A program made the translations under genes and the position numbers. From positions 1 through 57,122 of the forward strand of contig DAOUZA010000002.1 in NCBI GenBank assembly GCA_030665785.1: 57,122 nt of DNA, in the 5' to 3' direction. Under the pieces are notes generated by a model. The model was given only the letters and a program-made list of their open reading frames with translations. It ran no database searches and was not told where the DNA came from. Source of the stretch: Dehalococcoidia bacterium. GTDB lineage: Bacteria; Chloroflexota; Dehalococcoidia; GIF9; AB-539-J10. Numbering within the stretch: the first letter of the stretch is position 1; every line of letters begins with the position of its first letter. This document shows, piece after piece, positions 57,049-57,122 of this stretch.

Positions 57049-57122
57049 CTTATTTTTGATTTTTGTCTCACGCTCCCTTATAATGAAATAGGTATGGAGA
57101 AAGGTAGCTGGAAAGTCAAGAC

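Noticed and set aside
1-57122. Scan for CRISPR arrays, rRNA, IS elements or transposases, integrases and toxin-antitoxin pairs
   Set aside because: None was found by eye. The only repeats seen are the gpsA-tail direct repeat, the 10-bp x3 operator-like array and the 18-bp in-frame tandem repeat.

Overview
This window is a dense, mostly housekeeping bacterial chromosome segment. It holds about 60 protein genes, two tRNA-Ala genes and one long Bacillus-type SRP RNA. I saw no rRNA, CRISPR array, transposase or integrase.

Recognisable genes, in order:
- pyrE, lepB, polA, argF, der-plsY-gpsA, dnaJ, a CoA-type Nudix hydrolase, clpC, a CCA-family nucleotidyltransferase, ispE-rsmA.
- A macro-domain protein, a DUF89 protein, prfA-prmC, speH-speE.
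- An acyl-CoA catabolic block: acyl-CoA ligase, acyl-CoA dehydrogenase (ACAD), a short Old Yellow Enzyme (OYE) and an amidohydrolase.
- def, priA, rplS, trmD, then a stripped-down division cluster (mraZ-rsmH-ftsA-ftsZ), rsfS, ndk, a B12-binding radical SAM enzyme and ftsH.
- A polyprenyl synthase, metG, hpt, adenine deaminase, glyQS, a Pat-like acetyltransferase, a second ACAD and rsmG.

The division cluster has no peptidoglycan genes, the SRP RNA is the long form, and beta-oxidation-type genes are present. Together these suggest a Chloroflexota/Dehalococcoidia-like organism. That is inference only.

Best candidates for something new:
1. A 2.1-kb four-gene cassette sits immediately after gpsA. 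It encodes a MerR/excisionase-like HTH, a CheY-like receiver, a 36-codon micro-ORF and a PilT-type ATPase. It is bracketed by a 146-bp direct repeat of the gpsA 3' end.
2. The division-cluster promoter carries three phased GATTGTGGN repeats (MraZ-box-like) and a G8 tract in its spacer. It drives an unannotated 89-aa repeat-containing ORF placed ahead of mraZ.

Several single-residue oddities in catalytic motifs (LepB, OTCase, PrmC, ACAD) and non-canonical or leaderless start contexts are also listed. All calls come from reading the sequence and motifs by eye. No database search was run.
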